From contig DF237448.1 of NCBI GenBank assembly GCA_000708835.1, positions 3,990 to 67,989 of the forward strand: a DNA stretch of 64,000 nucleotides. The letters run 5' to 3'. Each line of letters opens with the position of its first letter. The stretch's first letter is position 1. Positions 60,843 through 64,000 of the stretch are shown here, piece after piece. The notes beneath the pieces were generated by a model. That model saw only the letters and a list, made by a program, of their open reading frames with translations, did not search any database and was not told the DNA's origin. Source of the stretch: Klebsormidium nitens (Eukaryota > Plantae > Klebsormidiophyceae). The position numbers and the translations under genes are program-made.

Positions 60843-62421
60843 GGACTTTCAACGACTTGATGGGGAGCAGAGTTGATGTCGCAACACTCAGCCTTTCGCA
60901 TGGTTGTGTTTGAGTTTCCATCAGCAGCTGATTCAAGTGAAGCTATTATGTTTTGGAGTTGTCTGCAGATGGCCTTCAGTGAGCCCCCACTGCTTCATCC
61001 TTGGTAGCCGCTCAGCGATGGTTAGGATGCAACTCAGAGTCGATTACTGAGGTGAATGAGTGGCCACCATGCAATAATTGTGCAGTCGACCGTCTCCGCT
61101 CAAAATGTTCCACCCACTAAGTCAGGTCAGAGGCTATCTCGAGGATCACACAATAGAACATGCTGGCATGGGAAACTGAAGAGACAATTGTGCGGGCACA
61201 AATATTCGTTCAATCAAGGGTGCGCACAGGGCCGCCTGCTTGAGAAGTAAGGTCGATTGCCTTCGCCCGGCACATGCACTGCGCATGTGTCACCCAGTTG
61301 ATTCCTTGGCGGCCGCACCAGCGCGCAAGTGAGTACAGAGCTCCGTATTCATTTGATTGAATGCGCCATAGGGCCTAACCTTGAACGAATAGTACGGTAC
61401 ATTCTAGCGAGCGGGCCCGCGGCCGCCGTTTATGCCAGCCAACGGTCCATGCCCAATATTGCTACAATCCTTATTCACAAGTATCTCGTCGGAATCCCGG
61501 CATGCAGCTCAATCACGGCGGGTGCTCCACGTAGCTAGCTCTGCTTCTTCATGTACCTCAGTGCACCTATATACTACAGTTGCGCATATGGCATGCCGTG
61601 ACTGGTAAGTAGATACATCATGCAACGATCAGCTAGTGGCCGCCATCGCATTTACCTGTCTGAGATCATGCAACGATCATCACTATGATATATCGCGTAG
61701 AATGCAGGGCGGAGCACAATCAACGATCCCGGCCCGCAGCCTGGCAAGACTAGAGCTGGGACAAATGGAAACATCGCTGACGGTTCAAGTCACTAGATAG
61801 CTGAAGAACCATGGGTTCAGTGAAGCTGCAGTGCGACGGTCATGCAGACAATATGTTGCATCAGCTTCTATAAGACAGCGATCCGTCGGGACAACATTGG
61901 ACAGATCAGTTGATGAAGCGGGAATGCATTTTAGAGCCTGAACCAGCGCGGCAGGGCCAGATTAAAGACACGCCGTGATGTGTGTCAGATGTATGATGAC
62001 GTCAAGCTGCAACACTGTTCCGAACGTTGGCTGCAGTAAGAAGATTGGATCTAATAATGATATGCAAGCAGGTTCTGTGCATGTATGTGTACTTCGTGTT
62101 TGAGAAGCACAGGACCTAATACCATCCCTCAGGAAAGGAAAATATGTGAAAAGCACCATGTCCACAAGTCGCATTCTGTAGTCACTGGAAAAATGGTGTC
62201 TTTAACTCAAGCACCTGCAACGCAATCACCTCATCCGCTTTGTCTCCTGTCCGGTCCTGCCGCTTATTGCTCTAAGTAGTGAACACTTTATTGATCCAAC
62301 TCAAAGGTAATGTAAAGTACAAGGCTATACCTATTATCTCAACGCGGACCTTCAACACACCTTTTAGAACACAACACGTCAACACTTGGTTGAACTGGTA
62401 GTAGTAGCTGTGTGGCTTAGA

Positions 62422-63096
62422 CTACCTCGTGCGAGGGGACCCGTAACTCTTTATCATCTTGCCGAGCCACCATGCCCCCACAAGACTGACCGGAACCACC
62501 ACATATGCGCCGAGTCGCAAGTTTGCCTCTGTCTCCTTTGATAGGACACCTATCCTAGACCAGTCCCCACTGAACGCGGCATCAATGTAAGCGAGCGTGA
62601 AGAGTACCAATGCAGACTGCACCCAGAATGACGGCCTTGAATAGAATGGGGTTTCAGTTGGAGCCGGTGTACCGGTGGAGGGCTTCTCCGCCTCTAGTTC
62701 CTTGGACTCCTCAGTCTGCGCCCTCTGTCTGCTTATACTACCGTGATTGAACCCTCCAATCTGCAACCGGCGGCTAGACTTCCTTGGTGATCGGTCTGCT
62801 GACCTGAGAGGAGAAGTAGACAGAGAGCCAAATGCGGACGGCTGGATAGGTGCAATTGTCGCGGGGCGCAGATGTGATGCTTCCTCTCGCTTCCTTACAA
62901 TCCATGCATTGGTCTGCTTTGAGGCTGTAACTTTAATGCCCCGTTCTCGCGGACTGCCTTTGAAGGGGAGAGCGCCAGGGGAAGAATTGCAAGCAGAAGT
63001 GCAACGCTGACAATCTTCTAAGGACGATGGTGCCTGAAAACCTGATGTTGCTCCTCTGAATGTGCAAGCATGCGACTGCAGCGTCTGTGCAGCCAT
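62422..63096 (-). CDS. Single-exon probable plastid-targeted membrane protein (~224 aa) with a conserved-looking C-terminal domain
   Basis: ATG at 63096. The Ser/Ala/Arg-rich N-terminus resembles a transit peptide. The C-terminus FWVQSALVLFTLAYIDAAFSGDWSRIGVLSKETEANLRLGAYVVVPVSLVGAWWL has two hydrophobic helices. From memory, the SGDWSRIG motif occurs in an uncharacterised green-lineage protein family; not searched. Confidence 0.75.
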   Translation of the reverse strand: MAAQTLQSHACTFRGATSGFQAPSSLEDCQRCTSACNSSPGALPFKGSPRERGIKVTASKQTNAWIVRKREEASHLRPATIAPIQPSAFGSLSTSPLRSADRSPRKSSRRLQIGGFNHGSISRQRAQTEESKELEAEKPSTGTPAPTETPFYSRPSFWVQSALVLFTLAYIDAAFSGDWSRIGVLSKETEANLRLGAYVVVPVSLVGAWWLGKMIKSYGSPRTR

Positions 63097-64000
63097 TGTA
63101 AAGTATGGGGCGGCGTCTCCTGATGCAACTACTTGGGCAGAAATGAACTGAAGAGCACAGGATTGCACAGGAATTGGACAAGTCAACTGTGCAAGATCGA
63201 CTTGGCAAAAGATTCGCAACTAACCATCTGAAATCCGGCATAAAAACGGCCAATGCCGAGCCGCCACGTGCCCCCCTCTTCGTTTCTGCCGGTGGCCTTG
63301 AGATTCCGCTACGGGGTCTCTCCGACCGGGTCTGTTCCCGAGTGGGACATTTTGAGGGCAAGAAAACGCGCCTCGCACATTGCACGGTAGGGCCCCCGGG
63401 TACTTATGCGCCATTTTTGACCATTCGTGTACGCATTTTCGACGACCTCGACCAGACTCAGCCTCGACTGCAGCGGACTGCGGGCCTAGAACATACCAAG
63501 TCGGCGAAGGCAAATTCTCACTCTCTCATTTCCATATGCTTTCGGGCAACAGAACGCCAGTGCGACCCGGGTTGCAGCGCTTAAAGCCTGGACCCATGGC
63601 TTTAGAGAAAAATTTCAGATAAGTGCATGGTCGGTTGATCGATGGATTGCAGCGGCAGCATGTTACTATCCCAGCCTTTTGACGGACCCTCATGTGCCGT
63701 ATGATGGAAACCCCTGCAAAAGAGCAGATGTATGTGAAACATGCTTATTCAATCACCATTCTTTCTCCGTTGATCGAGACGTTCTGGAAAAAATGTACGT
63801 TCCATGCCGGGGAACAAATATCCAACGTGTTTGTTCAAGTCAAGAGCTCCATTGGGTGGTGTACCACATTAGGACTTGCATGATCTTCCTTCAAGATTGG
63901 ATATGCTACTGAAGGGACCGACATATGAAGTGCTATTGTCACGCCAGATTGGCTCCTTGCCATAGCGCGTCCTGAGCGCGCGCGCACGCGCATCGCGCCG

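Noticed and set aside
63250-63912. Plus-strand ORFs (MPSRHV..., GYLCAIFDHSC..., 63679-63912) opposite the plastid-type gene
   Set aside because: No consistent spliced model or motif; may be a UTR or a gene continuing beyond the window.

Overview
Intron-rich eukaryotic nuclear DNA. It is probably from a streptophyte green alga (Klebsormidium-like); this is inferred from the plant-type RLK/Pelle kinase, the ceramide kinase, a plastid-type membrane protein and the intron style, not from a search. Five spliced genes could be assembled by hand with GT-AG junctions and consistent phases: a PWWP protein (3755-9723, -), a receptor-like kinase with a tiny 6-Cys ectodomain (15001-21050, -), ceramide kinase (24876-37206, +), a secreted EGF/novel-6-Cys-repeat protein (38714-45437, +) and a ZNG1/CobW GTPase (55203-60842, +). 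Also present are a partial 30-aa-period LRR gene, a Cys-rich orphan ORF, a small plastid-type membrane protein, four MITE-like insertions, a pseudogene and degenerate ORF remnants. The most striking unexplained structure is a set of 'splice-junction echoes'. In four unrelated genes and one further ORF, introns carry 1-6 decayed tandem copies of the neighbouring exon boundary. Acceptor plus exon 5' end is copied upstream of the exon, and exon 3' end plus donor is copied downstream. The spacing is mostly about 145-205 bp, and many copies keep an intact AG or GT. All coordinates and exon structures were read manually and need transcript confirmation.
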